From Amphiscolops sp. MND2022 (taxonomy: Eukaryota): DNA of 64,000 nt. A program made the position numbers and the translations under genes. Of this stretch, positions 11,452-23,400 are shown one piece after another (the stretch's first letter is position 1; every line of letters starts with the position of its first letter). The notes under the pieces are model-generated. The model was not told the origin of the DNA. It was given only the letters and a program-made list of their open reading frames with translations, and searched no databases. The stretch covers positions 24,616,001 through 24,680,000 of the forward strand of contig OZ076409.1 of assembly GCA_964187785.1 (NCBI GenBank), written 5' to 3'.

Positions 11452-13319
11452 CATTAAAAACCATTTTTGTATATATTTTTTTTCAAAATCTTTTCTGCGA
11501 TTCAAATACAGTTTTCGAATCATTTTTGTTCCTATCAGTGAATTGCAGTGAAGTTGACTTTTGACGGAGAAAAAAGACCATGCAATGTTGTAGAAACATG
11601 TTTGACTCATTAGGCAACTTGTGCTGATTAGATGTTTATTAGAAATGCTAGCTAAACTATGGATTAGAGGAACTTTAGAGGATGGATTAGAGGAAGTTTT
11701 TGCTTAGTGACCGGAAAATTCAGAAATCAAGTTTGAACGTCGAAAATTAATTCCCCACATTGTAGCTGGTAAAAAGGCTCCAACTCGTTCGTTTCCATGG
11801 AAGTTGACGTAATTTGTGTGGAGAAACTTGTTTATTTTGCGGAGAAACTTTTGCGATTTGTGAACTGCAGAACGATTTTCTTGACGGGGGCTATTTTGAA
11901 AATTCTGTCAGTTAGTGTTCCTTGTTTAAAGAAAGATAAGAACAACAAGATCATCTCTTTCGTTTTGGAGTTGTTGATGGAAGGTTGGTGCGAAGAGCCG
12001 GCCGAATAGTGAGTGAGTTGCTTGAATGAAAATTTCAGCTTTTTATTTTCTGCAGGGAAAGGGGGCATTGAAAATATTTGAATTTGCTGCGTTTTTAATG
12101 AATTTTTTTTGCCATGCTTCAAATTTATATCCAAGTTAAAGGGTTTCACCCATAGAATTCAACTGACGTAAATATAGTTTCAGGCAATATGTTTTTGTAG
12201 AGACTTCTTTGTTGACCCCGAAATTACCCAAAAATGACAAGAACTAGTTTTTTTTAATTTCAACGTTTTTTATGCAATTTCGTCAAATTTTCAATAGACG
12301 CGGTGGCTTAGAGTGTTAAGAACTTTCAACAAGGAATTTCGCTGTCCAGGAGGATTTTTTGACAAAATAAATGCAGTTTTTCAATTTAAAAATGCGTCAA
12401 ATTGATACCGGAATTGACAAAAATTTCAGGTTTTTAACATTTTCGAGCAATTTTATCGAAGTTCGATAGACTTCGTGAATTGAAGTGTGAAAAAGTTCAA
12501 TAGGAAAAGAATTCATTGTCCGAATTTTGTGAAGAGATAATATTTGTGCTTGATAGAAAAATGCCTCAAATGGACCCAAAAATGGCAAAAAATAGCTTTC
12601 CATACAAATTGTGTACAACTTCAGGGGGATTTCATGGCTTAGAGGGTTCAAAACGTTCAAAGACGAAACAACTAGCTATGCAGTACACCTTTTCGAAGAC
12701 AAAGTTGCTGTGTTTTACTTCAAAAACACTTCAGAATGGCTACATTGAGAGAAAAAAATAGGACATTTTCGTTTTTCTTCTCGTTTTAAAAGTATTTTTG
12801 TGATTTGTTGAAACTTTTCGTCTAAGTTTTTCCATTCCACGGTGGAAACATATTTAGAAATACAGTCCGTCTTTCATTGCTTTTCAATCGGAAATTTAAG
12901 AATGAAGAGGGGTGATTCAAAGTACTGATGAGGAGTGCCAGCGACACATGGATAAAGATATGGAGAAAAACCTAATTGTAGGAATGTTGAGAATAGAAAT
13001 AATGGGTGCGTGGTTGAAGAGTTGGAAAAATATGAAGGGTTCTGATGTACTTTAATGTCAGAATCAAGATTTGAGGACCTTGATTGAGGAATGTTGAGAA
13101 GTCAAAATCATTTTCAAAGGTTTGGTTAGATTTAAGATATCAGTCCATAAGATCATCTTGATAAGGTTCGAGATCTGGAAAGTTAATAAGGGATAGTGCA
13201 GAGTAGTCTCGTTGAAGTTGTGGACAAAGGAGAGATTGTCTCAAGTAATAAGGTCTAGAATGATTTCGGTATGAAATACAGTATGGTTCCAAAATGTTGA
13301 ATACGGCAAACCTGTTTTT

Positions 13320-13874
13320 AAACAAGCCGGGACCGGCCCAAGTCGGCGCCATATCCAAGGCTCAAAAATAGCAAAAAGACTTCCAAGTGTCAAGTATTCT
13401 TTTACAGTACTCGAAAATCAAAAATTTTTCGAAAATTTTCTTTTTGAAAAAATTTTATACTAAAAAATGGACCGAGTGGCGCGCCGGGGCCCGCTAGCGC
13501 GAGCCCCTGCCGCGCTAACGTCTCACAATGCCGAAAAACTGAAAGGAGGGACCCTTTGAGGTTTTTCAACATCCATTCTGTCGCAAAACATCGAAAAAAT
13601 GCAGGGGGACCCTTTGAGGAAAAAAAAATTCCGAAAAAAAATGTCTCGCAGTGCCGAAAAAAATTAAAGAGGGGACTCTTTGGTATCGCCCGGTATGGTA
13701 TGTTACGCGGAAAATCAGGTAAAACCATTTTGGTCTAGTTCGCTAGGCCAAATGGTGCAATTTGACACCATAATATTTTGTAGAACTTTTAAGAACTATT
13801 TTGGTCAGTTCGTGTGGATAGAAAAAAAGTCACTATAATAGTCGCGTTTCACTTCATGAAGCGCAGACTGAAAA
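13320..13874 (-). mobile_element. Helentron-type repeat nested in Tc1
   Basis: AACAAGCCGGGACCGGCCCAAGTCGGCGCCATATCCAAGGCTC ... CACTATAATAGTCGCGTTTCACTTCATGAAGCGCAGACTGAAAA; closely similar to 41363-42044. Confidence 0.8.
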
Positions 13875-13931
13875 CGGAAAATTCAACATGAACTAAACAT
13901 AAAACAAAGAATTCATATCAAAGCAACTATT

Positions 13932-15413
13932 TCAAAATCGGGAAATGAATCCATAACTAGAAGCAACTGCTTCTAGGCGCTCGGGAAAGCTGTCATAAAG
14001 TTTTTGAACAGTCTCTAACTCGATCGAATTCCAAATTTCTTGCACTTTTTCCTCTAAATTCTCCCATGAAGCACTTTGTTTTGCCAATCTTTTCTTCACA
14101 ATTGCCCAAAAGTTCTCAATAATGTTCAGATCAGGGCTGTATGGTGGCCAATCCAGTACTTCCCATTCTTTTTCGCGGAATAAAATCTTGATAATTGAAG
14201 CTTTATGAGTGGGCGCATTGTCTTGTTGAAAAACTAAGCCCGGAAAATGCAATTTTTCGTTGTAATCTTTCAGAACATCAAGATAACTGCTGCTTGTTGG
14301 GGTATTGGGGCATTTAACCAACATTTTCTGGCCATCCGATCGAATTGCACCCCCCCCCCCCCCAAAAAACATCAGCGATCGTCTGTCAGTTGTCACATTT
14401 TTGACGTTTTTTTGCGCATAACGAGTGTTTTTTTGCGAAAAACACGAACAATTCCGTCACTTTTGAACTTCACTCGTGTTTCATCAGTGAACACTACAGA
14501 ATACCAATATTCAGCTGATTTTTAGTCGGCGCGTTTTCCTTTTAAGGAAAAATGCCCGACTATAGCAGTGACCTTTTTTTTCTTTTTTTCTTCAGACCAC
14601 AATCCTCACACTGATCGGTCCACTTTTTACAATTCTCAATTCTGCGCAGAGCACCTGAGGCCAAGTCCGCCCAAGGCAAACTTTACTCCAAAGGGTCCCC
14701 CCTTTCATTTTTTACTTTTTCAAGGAAACATACAAAACCGGACGTGCCCAAAGGGTGCTCCCTTTGGATTTTTTTCGGAACTGTGCGACTTTTTTCCGAA
14801 ATTTTTTTTTGAAAACAAAACGGAATATTTGGTAATAAATCCAGAAGGGTCCCCCCTTTTACATTTTTCGGCACTATGCGACTTCTTTTGAAAGAAATTC
14901 TTTTTTCAAAAATTTCAATTATTTTCCAAAAAAAGTGTTTTACGCTTTTTGAGCCTTAGATATGGCGCCGACTTTAGACGTTCTCGTCTTGTTTATTCAT
15001 TTTTTGTGACCATTTTTTCCGAAAAGCAGCAGACGTTTTTTGATGCTGATCTTTTTGGCCGCAACTCTGCTAAAAACGCCATGTTTTCTCAATATTCTTC
15101 TCACAGTTGTTCTCGAAATTGATTCTTTGGTCAAAAAGGAATTGTATTTAACCCGAATTCTCTCCAGAGTTGTTTTGGGATCTTTGAGAACATCTTTGAC
15201 CAATTTTCATTGGTTTTTTTTCGAGAACTTTGGAGGACGACCAGTGGATTTTTTTGGTAAATAACTTTTGTTTTTGTTGTAGCGCCAAAAAACTGATTGG
15301 GCCGTTGACTTGGCTTTCAAACCTCATTCATCTGCAATTTTCTGATACGAAAATTCTGCTTTTTTCAACGTAACAATTTGACAAGCAATAAAAGAATCTA
15401 TTGGTGCTGGCAT
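13932..15413 (-). pseudogene. Tc1 transposase pseudogene
   Basis: ATG at 15413 (MPAPIDSF...), TGRPPK linker, WYSVVFTDETR, QQDNAPTH...WPPYSPDLNIIE with 34 residues between D and E. Contains stops, frameshifts and the 14519-14993 insertion. Confidence 0.9.
14519..14993 (+). mobile_element. Helentron-type repeat inserted in the Tc1 transposase ORF
   Basis: TTTTTAGTCGGCGC ... GGCGCCGACT...GTCTTGTT. Removing it restores the frame KWSQKMNKSAEYWYSVVFTDE at a T-run, with no TSD beyond the Ts. Confidence 0.85.
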
Positions 15414-15924
15414 TTCCACTATGTTTTAACGTTGAAACAAGTGAAATGATTTCACGAATTTTTGTTAGCAAAGAAAATTTTTGAAAATTTCTTCAGCTTT
15501 GAAAGCCGCATTCAACATTTTGGAACCATACTGTATAGAACAACCTTGTGCCAAGAGTTCATACGTAACATCAGAGAGGAGTTTGATAAATTTGGATGGT
15601 CCAATTCAAAGTGTTAATTTGAAAATTGGACAGGTTTGAAGTTTTATGAAAAACAAAAGTAAGGAGAGAAAGTAAGTTGTAGAAAATGAATAGTTCCAAA
15701 TGTAGACATGTGTGAAGTCAAAACATTAAAGATATGCTCCGAACGATATAACAAAGCATTTACTGCTGAGAGAAGTCCTGTAGAAATGGGTAAGTGAGTG
15801 GAAAAGTAAGTGAGTTGAAAAATGTTTCAACATCTTGATCACTATTTGTGTGAGTAGGAAGAGAATCGCATTATGTAGTAATTCTTCCTTCGAGGATTGA
15901 GTTCAAAAAATGACAGACTCTGGA

Positions 15925-17749
15925 TGTGATGATCGGCCTTCTCATGTCTGTTTTCATTTATAATGATGGATTCGTCCAATGTGTTTTCAGTAATCCCAAG
16001 GGGAGTGTATGGTTGTCTTAATTCACTCATTTCAGATGGATAGAACCGATCATCCTGATTCTTATTTTTGTCTAGAGCTGTGTTTGATGCGTGTTTGTTT
16101 CTGAGACCCTTATTTTTAGAGTTAGAAGGACCAGGTTGGTTATTCTCGGCATCCTCCTCATCAGTTATTACTATGTAGTTTTTGTTTGTTCTAATCTCCT
16201 TAAGTATCTCTTCAAATTTGTTGTTTAGATGCTCTTCAATCTGCGACATCTTGTCGTTGTTCTGTTCTGTTAGTCTTTGCGAAATAACTTCTATCTCATT
16301 GCTTATTTGAGACGGTTCTGTTAGTTCACTGCCTAAGTTCCTGTCAAAAATATTGTTAACATTTTCAGAAACATTATTTAAAGTCGCATTACCTTGTGCT
16401 AAACTAGTTTCTGGTGTATTTTCGTCTCTGTCTGAAGACTGAGATGTAGTTCTTCTTGTCCTTCTATTCCTCCTGTTCCCCATGTTGAAAACAGTTTTGA
16501 TTGAAGAAAATCTTTGAATTTCAAAGATATAGGGTGAAATGAAAGTTGGGAATTATTTTACAGAAAAGAGAACTGTAAATTCAGAAACTGCAAAGTTGTT
16601 TGGGTTTGAATTTGAACAACTGTTCTGTTCGAGTGTTATGTAGCGAATGATCGTGGAAAAAATGATTTTTAAGGGGGTCCTTCTCAAGTGATTTTATTGG
16701 GCGGTATTTTTAGTTGCATGACCATCAAATTTACTCAAATCATCATAACGTCATATATCTAGGGTCAAATGTTAAAAATATGATATTACGTCAGAATCCT
16801 GGAAGGTCCAAATATAGCACTGGGACTCACAACAGCATAACACTAAGAATTCTGCAAATTATGCTGTTTTACATCATAATGTAGTATATGCAGTCTCATG
16901 AAATCCTCATAATGCAGTATAATTTTACCAACTGAAATAAGAATCATTATGCTGCTTTTCAGTTAAAACTTCATACTGTTTTTGTCAGGTTTCCGCATAT
17001 GCTGCTCCCGTATTGAAACGTCATGCTGTTTCCACGGGATTTCCGCATATGCTGTTTCCGATCTGAACCATCATGCTGTTTCTGCTAGATTTCCGCATAT
17101 GCTGTTTTCAACTCAAGTCGTCATGCTGTTTTTGTTGAATTTCCGCATAATGCAATACAAAGCATGAACTACACTGCGCATATATTGATTATGCTGTTTC
17201 TTTAATAAAACCGCATATGCTGTTTCTTTAACAAAACCGCATATGCTGCTTCATGAAAACCGCATAATGCCGCATAATCAGTATCAAATAGATGTACTAG
17301 ATCATTATGCTGGTTTCTAAATGAATCATCATACTGTTTTTGATCATTTTCTTCATGATTGAACTACAAACGCTCTGATGTGGTACAGATGTAAAAGACT
17401 ATTGGATTTAATTCCTTTCTATGATTTAGGATGGTAAAACAAAGGTTTAGCACTGTATTGGTAACTTAGGTGTTACCTTTCCAGTTATTTTTCAATTATT
17501 CAAAGCACCTTATGGGTGAAACAATAACAACAGTAACGACATTCAGCAATCATCATTTTAGATGAAATGTACAAACGAAAGCAACATTTTATTAAACGAA
17601 CAATAACCAACATTGTTTAAGTTTAAAATTTGAAATGTTCATTGAGTTCCTGTCCATATTCGGGTAGACAGCTACGATGATGGGTAAACAGCGTTGACTG
17701 CTTCACTGATGTTGCACCCCGGACATCTCGCACGGGTAGGTCGGCGACA
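15925..17749 (-). repeat. 3' LTR (1825 bp) of the 17-kb element
   Basis: Direct repeat of 31147-32971; about a dozen substitutions seen by eye (~99% identical). Confidence 0.97.
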
Positions 17750-18649
17750 GTCCAGCATTTTTGAAGCAGATCAGCGCTGCTCCAAACCCATCAACAAATG
17801 CTCTTGATCTCACATTGCGATCGCGAATTGTTTCGTCAGGATATTCGGACCACGCAACATAATGAGTGAGCGTCTCGACGGCGATTTGGTCATAAGTTTT
17901 GGAACAGCCTGCACAAAAGCCTGCCACTTCAGGCATCACTGGAGGGTTCATTTGCAATATGGGTCCGTTAGGTGGTCCCTGAGACTGAAACTGAGCTTGA
18001 CCATTGAAGTGTTGTTGAGGACGTGTAATATTGTTCCAATTATTTGGGTAAAATGGAACGGGCATAGGTAAGTAATTTGCTTGCATAGATGGGTGTGCTT
18101 GTATTTCTGGAGCCCTTCGTTGTTCGGGTATTACTACTGAGAAGGCGCTCCTGTTGCTTGGCACAAGAGGGGGATTTACTGTCTCCCTTGTCACTTGAGG
18201 GGTTCTGACCATGGGTTGTACCCTTTGAACTGGGCGGCCATAGCTGTTCCTTCCATTCTGCTCCACATTAGCGAAATTGGCACCAAAGAACGGATCATCT
18301 TCTTCTGATGATGAACCGATAAAGGTCAGGGAGGATATATTAGATATATCATCCATGAGGTCCATTAGCTCGTTCTCAATCTGGGAGCCCCTGGTATCGA
18401 TTTGTTGGCCAACACTTCCTTGTGGACTGACACTGTTAGGGAATAGCATTGCACCTGCTGCCCCATAAAGGCTGTGGACATGTCGGTTAGAGGGTATGGG
18501 GCAGTTCTAAATCTTTCATCGAGGTCATTCACTGAGAGGGGTTCCACCATAAATTCCTCTCCCGAACTGCTCGAAATGTTGATCAGATCCACCTCATGGT
18601 TCATCGGGTCAGTTCTACTAGCGATGGAGTTTTGTGGTGTGCTTTCCAT
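17703..18649 (-). CDS. Accessory ORF (~315 aa) of the 17-kb element, function unknown; ends inside the 3' LTR
   Basis: ORFs 18365-18649 and 17703-18449 join with one added base at ~18462. S/N/Q/P-rich N-terminal part, then FCAGC and a helical-looking C-terminus. Confidence 0.6.
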
Positions 18650-20452
18650 TGTTTGATTTTAGATTTATTTGGTTCCAGCCAAGTTTCAAGAAATTTAGCA
18701 CATAATGATCATCAAATTCTCAAGGAATTTGTCAAATGGAAAGAAGAAAATAAGCAACTAATTTTTGGAGATTTTTGATCAGAATGATAAGATTTTATAG
18801 TTTTCTATTGGGTTACGGGGGTTTTCTTACAAATAGCACCAAAACATATCTCGAATTACCCATTTCCCGGGTTTTCAGGTAATTTATCATGAGATATGAG
18901 GGGAATAGCACCGGTAAAGTTGTTAATATCATATAAACAATCATCCTATTCTGAAATTCTCTTTTCAATTTCTTTCATGTTCCGATTGCCGTCTTCACAT
19001 TCCGTCTGGTTTATTTTAATTACTCATAATTAAATAAACCGTAGGTTCATTCAGGTTTATCAAAGTGAAAGTTTTCACACCTTCTTTTGACGAACCAATT
19101 TGATTCATATTTTCATCAGCACGTGACATGTAATATAAAACAAATAGTCATTTGCATCATACGCCGCATACTGAAATCATCATAATGCATCATAATTCTA
19201 TCCATCAGTTCTATTATCATTATGCTGTTTATCATTATGCATCATTATGCAGTTCGTTATGCTGCTCATCATTCTTTTCCGCATAACCATCTTATGCTGT
19301 TTTCTGCAGTTCACCGCACAATGTGACGAACCATTATGCTGGTTTATCACTGTATCCGCGTGAAGCTGTCATCCTGTCGGCCATGTTGTTTCAGTCTCTT
19401 TTTAATTTCATGTACTGTTCAACTGTGATTTCCAAATAACTATATTATGCTGTTTTGTAAACTTTCCGCATAACAGCATCACGCTGCTTTGTAAATTTTC
19501 CGCATAATCCATTTCCTGCGTGTTAACAGCGTATGCATATTAACTTGGTCATACTGGCAGATATTTCCAAGCCGCATACACTCTCTCAGCCAATCAGATT
19601 CAAGGTGAATTGTGTATAATGTGAAATTGACGTCATTCATTTGCTTTATTGCCTTCATGTTATTTGCCACGCCTTCCAAGATTGTTTCTTCTTTGATTCA
19701 CATATTGTCTCAAGTTTCTGAGTCTTTATCTTTTCACAGTCTTTGTGTTTTCATAGTCTTTCCTTCGTCGTTTAACAGTCTCACGAGGATTTTTACTTCA
19801 ATCTTCTTCTACTTCCTTTATTTCTTTTAGTTTCCATCGTTTGTCAAATTTATTTACAGTTTTCGTCTTTTCCAAACCTCCATTCTTCTTCGTTTACCAG
19901 TTGCAATCGCTTTTCGAGTGCTGCTGCTTCTCGTTATTGAAATTTGGATTTACCACAAAGGGGTTTCAATTTCTATTCTGTGGAAACTTATTCTACAATG
20001 GAAGGGAAAGAGGCCGGCCAAGAAAGAAGCGAAGAGCCAACACAAGGTCTGTATTTTTGAGATTCTTCCCGTCCAACTTAATTAAAATAGGGCGAAGATT
20101 TGGTTTCACACAATCATCGAAGGATCTTTTGAATATCCTGTTCCGATTGTTGAACAAAATTTCAGTTTTCACCAACTATTCGCAGGTTGAATTCCGGATT
20201 TCCTGTTTCAAGTCGTGAATAATTTTTTCGAACTAGCTAGTCCTGTTTGTTTAAAGTGAGAGTTGATCAGGCTCCCACTATCTTAAACAGTCAATTCTTT
20301 GGCTGTCCCAATTTTCTATATTTGCTGATTTCATATTTGTTTCAGCTACACTCACTTCTGCTTTTCCGGCTCAAGATCCGCTCTCCACAGCTGATTTCAC
20401 CCCTTTACTTCCCTTTGGTAACCCAACTCATCATTCGACACCAGATCATCAA

Positions 20453-23400
20453 ATGGAATGCAATGAAGGTTCAAAATCTTTTGTCGATATAGACGGTATA
20501 AGGCATTCCTTTGATACTAGCATCCATGTTTCAAGTTCTGATGGGCCTCGTAGAGAAACCACTGTTAGCTTTCTTGCATCTGCTTCACGGGATGACACTA
20601 ATCCCCAATCCAAAGATGATATTGAGCAACCTTCCTTACATACTACGGGTCATTCAGAGAAGGACGATCATGAAGTTGAACCAAGTGGTTCTTCAGGGTC
20701 AACTTCACAAATGGGTAAAATTTGTCTTTCCCCATTTTCCACCTTCCTCAATCGGACCTCACAGGCCATTACCCCAAGAGCTATATCCCCTGTCGCTCAA
20801 ACATCCACCGCAACTGAAGCTGGGCAGCTTACTTCCTCAAGTAACTATGTTACCAGTCTGGACTTGTTGGCGTTAGAACAGCGCATGCAAGTTATGGTTT
20901 CTGAATTGACCACTTCTATTAGTTTAAAGCTTATAGAACAATTTACCGTACCCGCGTCACAGGCTCCTGGGACCTCAACAGGGACGGAAACCAGTGTGAC
21001 GAATATGGAGTCATCCTTGGTGGTGTCACCCGCCAGTACAACAGGGGGCCAAACCACACCCCCCGCAGGACCTTCTCGCAAAGGGAGAAGACAGACTAGG
21101 GCGAGAGAAAAGAGTACAGCCTGTACTAACCCAGGTGAACGACACTCAGCTTCCAAGCGGCCGCGACCAAGAATGCAATTGACAGGGAGTATGTACAGGA
21201 AACATCCCATCTTCAAGTTCTTCTTAACCGCACCAATTGATTCCACCAACAACCCTCATAAGTGGCCTTGCAGAGTTTGTCATATAGAATTGTCATTGAA
21301 GACTAAAGGTTCTCTCGAAATTCTCTCCCATTATAGAACTGACGCCCATTTAGTCCGTGAACACCGCATCAGGATGGAAACTCCTGGCATGCCACTTTAC
21401 GGAAAAAATGAGTTGGAGCTCACTGGGTCCGATTTAGTTGCGGCACGAGAGAAGGCTGAACTGGAAATTCCCATTGCTCCTATTCTTGGGGAATGTTACC
21501 TACTTGCTGGACAGCGCAAACTTCCTGTGCCGACTGATGAATTAGACCCAAGCACCACAATATGCTGCCAAATACGAATTCTGTTGATGGGTTGAAGTAT
21601 GGCGGTGACTTACATACTCTCACTTCCCTCTGGGGGAATCTCGGGCTTGAAGTCAGAGGACCAGTCAAGGTGCCTCAATACAGCTGGGATAAAGATCGCG
21701 TTTTTGTAAGTCTCTTCCTATCGTTTTGGTTGTCTTTTTAATTATCATTCTTTTAGGTAACCACATTTTGTTTTCGCAGGGAATCTTAGTCCACATGTTC
21801 CGCACTTTATTGTCTTACTCAGTTACAGCGATTGGTCAGTCGGGTCAATTCTCACTCCAACTTCACTCCAATCAGGATAATTCCCAAGTGGTCTTAACTT
21901 TCTGGTCTGGAAACGTATTCAACAATCTTTTACTAGCTGAAATCCCAAACAGCCTCATGATTGCGAAAGAAATTCTTCAGATCGTCAGTTCTTTTCTTGC
22001 TGCATTCCCGAGTATACCCCCTCTTTATTCACTCCTTGGCTTTGATGGACGTACCACCAAAACAATCATTACCGAATCCGTTCAGGTACCTACAGTGTGT
22101 GTGGTGCCCACCTTTTCGCACGAAGATTTGGACAAACTGTTAGCGGGACCCACTGTCAAGATCTTGGACCGCTATGACTATCACAGCGTACTGCAGTTTC
22201 TTCTGATGAAGTTGCGAACCGCTTCTGGGTCTACTTGGTTGAACGACCTTCCTGAACTCCGCAAAGTAATTTTTCTTTCCTACCCTTTTGGGCTTTGTTT
22301 CAAGGTTTCTACAGAAAATTGCTCGTTGTTGGTCATTCACAATCCGTATTCAACTGTTTTATCACTGTCAGGGGATTCATATAATATAGTATATTTGTTC
22401 CTATGCTGCGCTCTGAAAACCGCATAAAGAAGCATAACGAATAGACCATATAATATGGTATATTTGTTCCTATGCTGCGCTCTGAAAACCGCATGGTGAT
22501 TTCTTCTTATACTGTTTTCTCCTGAAAACCGCATAATGGTTTCTTCTTATGCTGCTTTCTCCCGAAAACCGCATAATGATTTCTTCTTATGCTGTTTTCT
22601 CATGAAAACCGCATAATGGTTTCTTCTTATGCTGTTTTCTCCTGAAAACCGCATAATGGTTTCTTCTTATGCTGTTTTCTCCTGAAAACCGCATAATGAT
22701 TTCTTCTTATGCTGTTTTCTCCTGAAAACCGCATAATGATTTCTTCTTATGCTGTTTTCTCCTGAAAACCGCATAATGGTTTCTTCTTATGCTGTTTTCT
22801 CCTGAAAACCGCATAATGGTTTCTTCTTATGCTGTTTTCTCCTGAAAACCGCATAATGATTTCTTCTTATGCTGTTTTCTCCTGAAAACCGCATAATGGT
22901 TTCTTCTTATGCTGTTTTCTCCTGAAAACCGCATAATGGTTTCTTCTTGCTGATTTCTTCTTCGTAATGCATCCTTCTATACCGTTTTCTCTAGAAAACG
23001 GTGTAGACGATATATTTTGTTCGTTTATGCTGTTTTCTTCTGGAAACCGCATAATGTGCATTATTTATGCTGTATACTGGTTGACATTCTATGCGGTGTT
23101 CGGAAAACCGCATAATGCATCAGAATTGCAGATTTTATTCCGCATTTTAAAGCGTTATCGTAGTATCATTCTAACATTGTTGTTTTAGGCCATATCCAGC
23201 CTCAACTACAGTCTTGTTGAGTCAGTTGTGGTTCTTGATCAGTTGTGTCGAAGTTGGAGCAAAGTCATCTCCCATCTCCGACTTGCCGACCGATTGAAGG
23301 CATTTAAGTACCATATGAAAGAGGTAATTTTCAGTTTATTCCTCCATTCTGCTTTCCTTTTCCGTCTGATTTTCAGTTTTTATTATTTTTCCAGCCCAAG

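Larger units (their letters stand above)
13279..15533 (-). mobile_element. Tc1-family DNA transposon (DD34E), defective, with two nested Helentron-type insertions
   Basis: 29-bp TIRs CAGTATGGTTCCAAAATGTTGAAT(A/G)CGGC at 13279-13307 and 15505-15533, each flanked by TA. Confidence 0.95.

Noticed and set aside
11215..11610. Minus-strand 131-aa ORF
   Set aside because: Antisense shadow of the MRPL40 last exon and 3' UTR.
11790..12850. Possible DNA transposon bounded by GTTTCCA..GGAA / TTCC..TGGAAAC
   Set aside because: The inverted match is short and imperfect, with no TSD or coding evidence.
13402..13738. K/F-rich short ORFs in Helentron-type repeats (also 41633-42048, 62720-63052)
   Set aside because: Chance frames through A/T runs that are not conserved between copies.
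15842..16483. 213-aa ORF as an independent gene
   Set aside because: It is the LTR-encoded gag N-terminus in the 3' LTR, reading into flanking DNA.
22484..22948. CRISPR-like array of palindromic repeats
   Set aside because: Units are contiguous with no unique spacers, there are no cas genes, and the context is eukaryotic.
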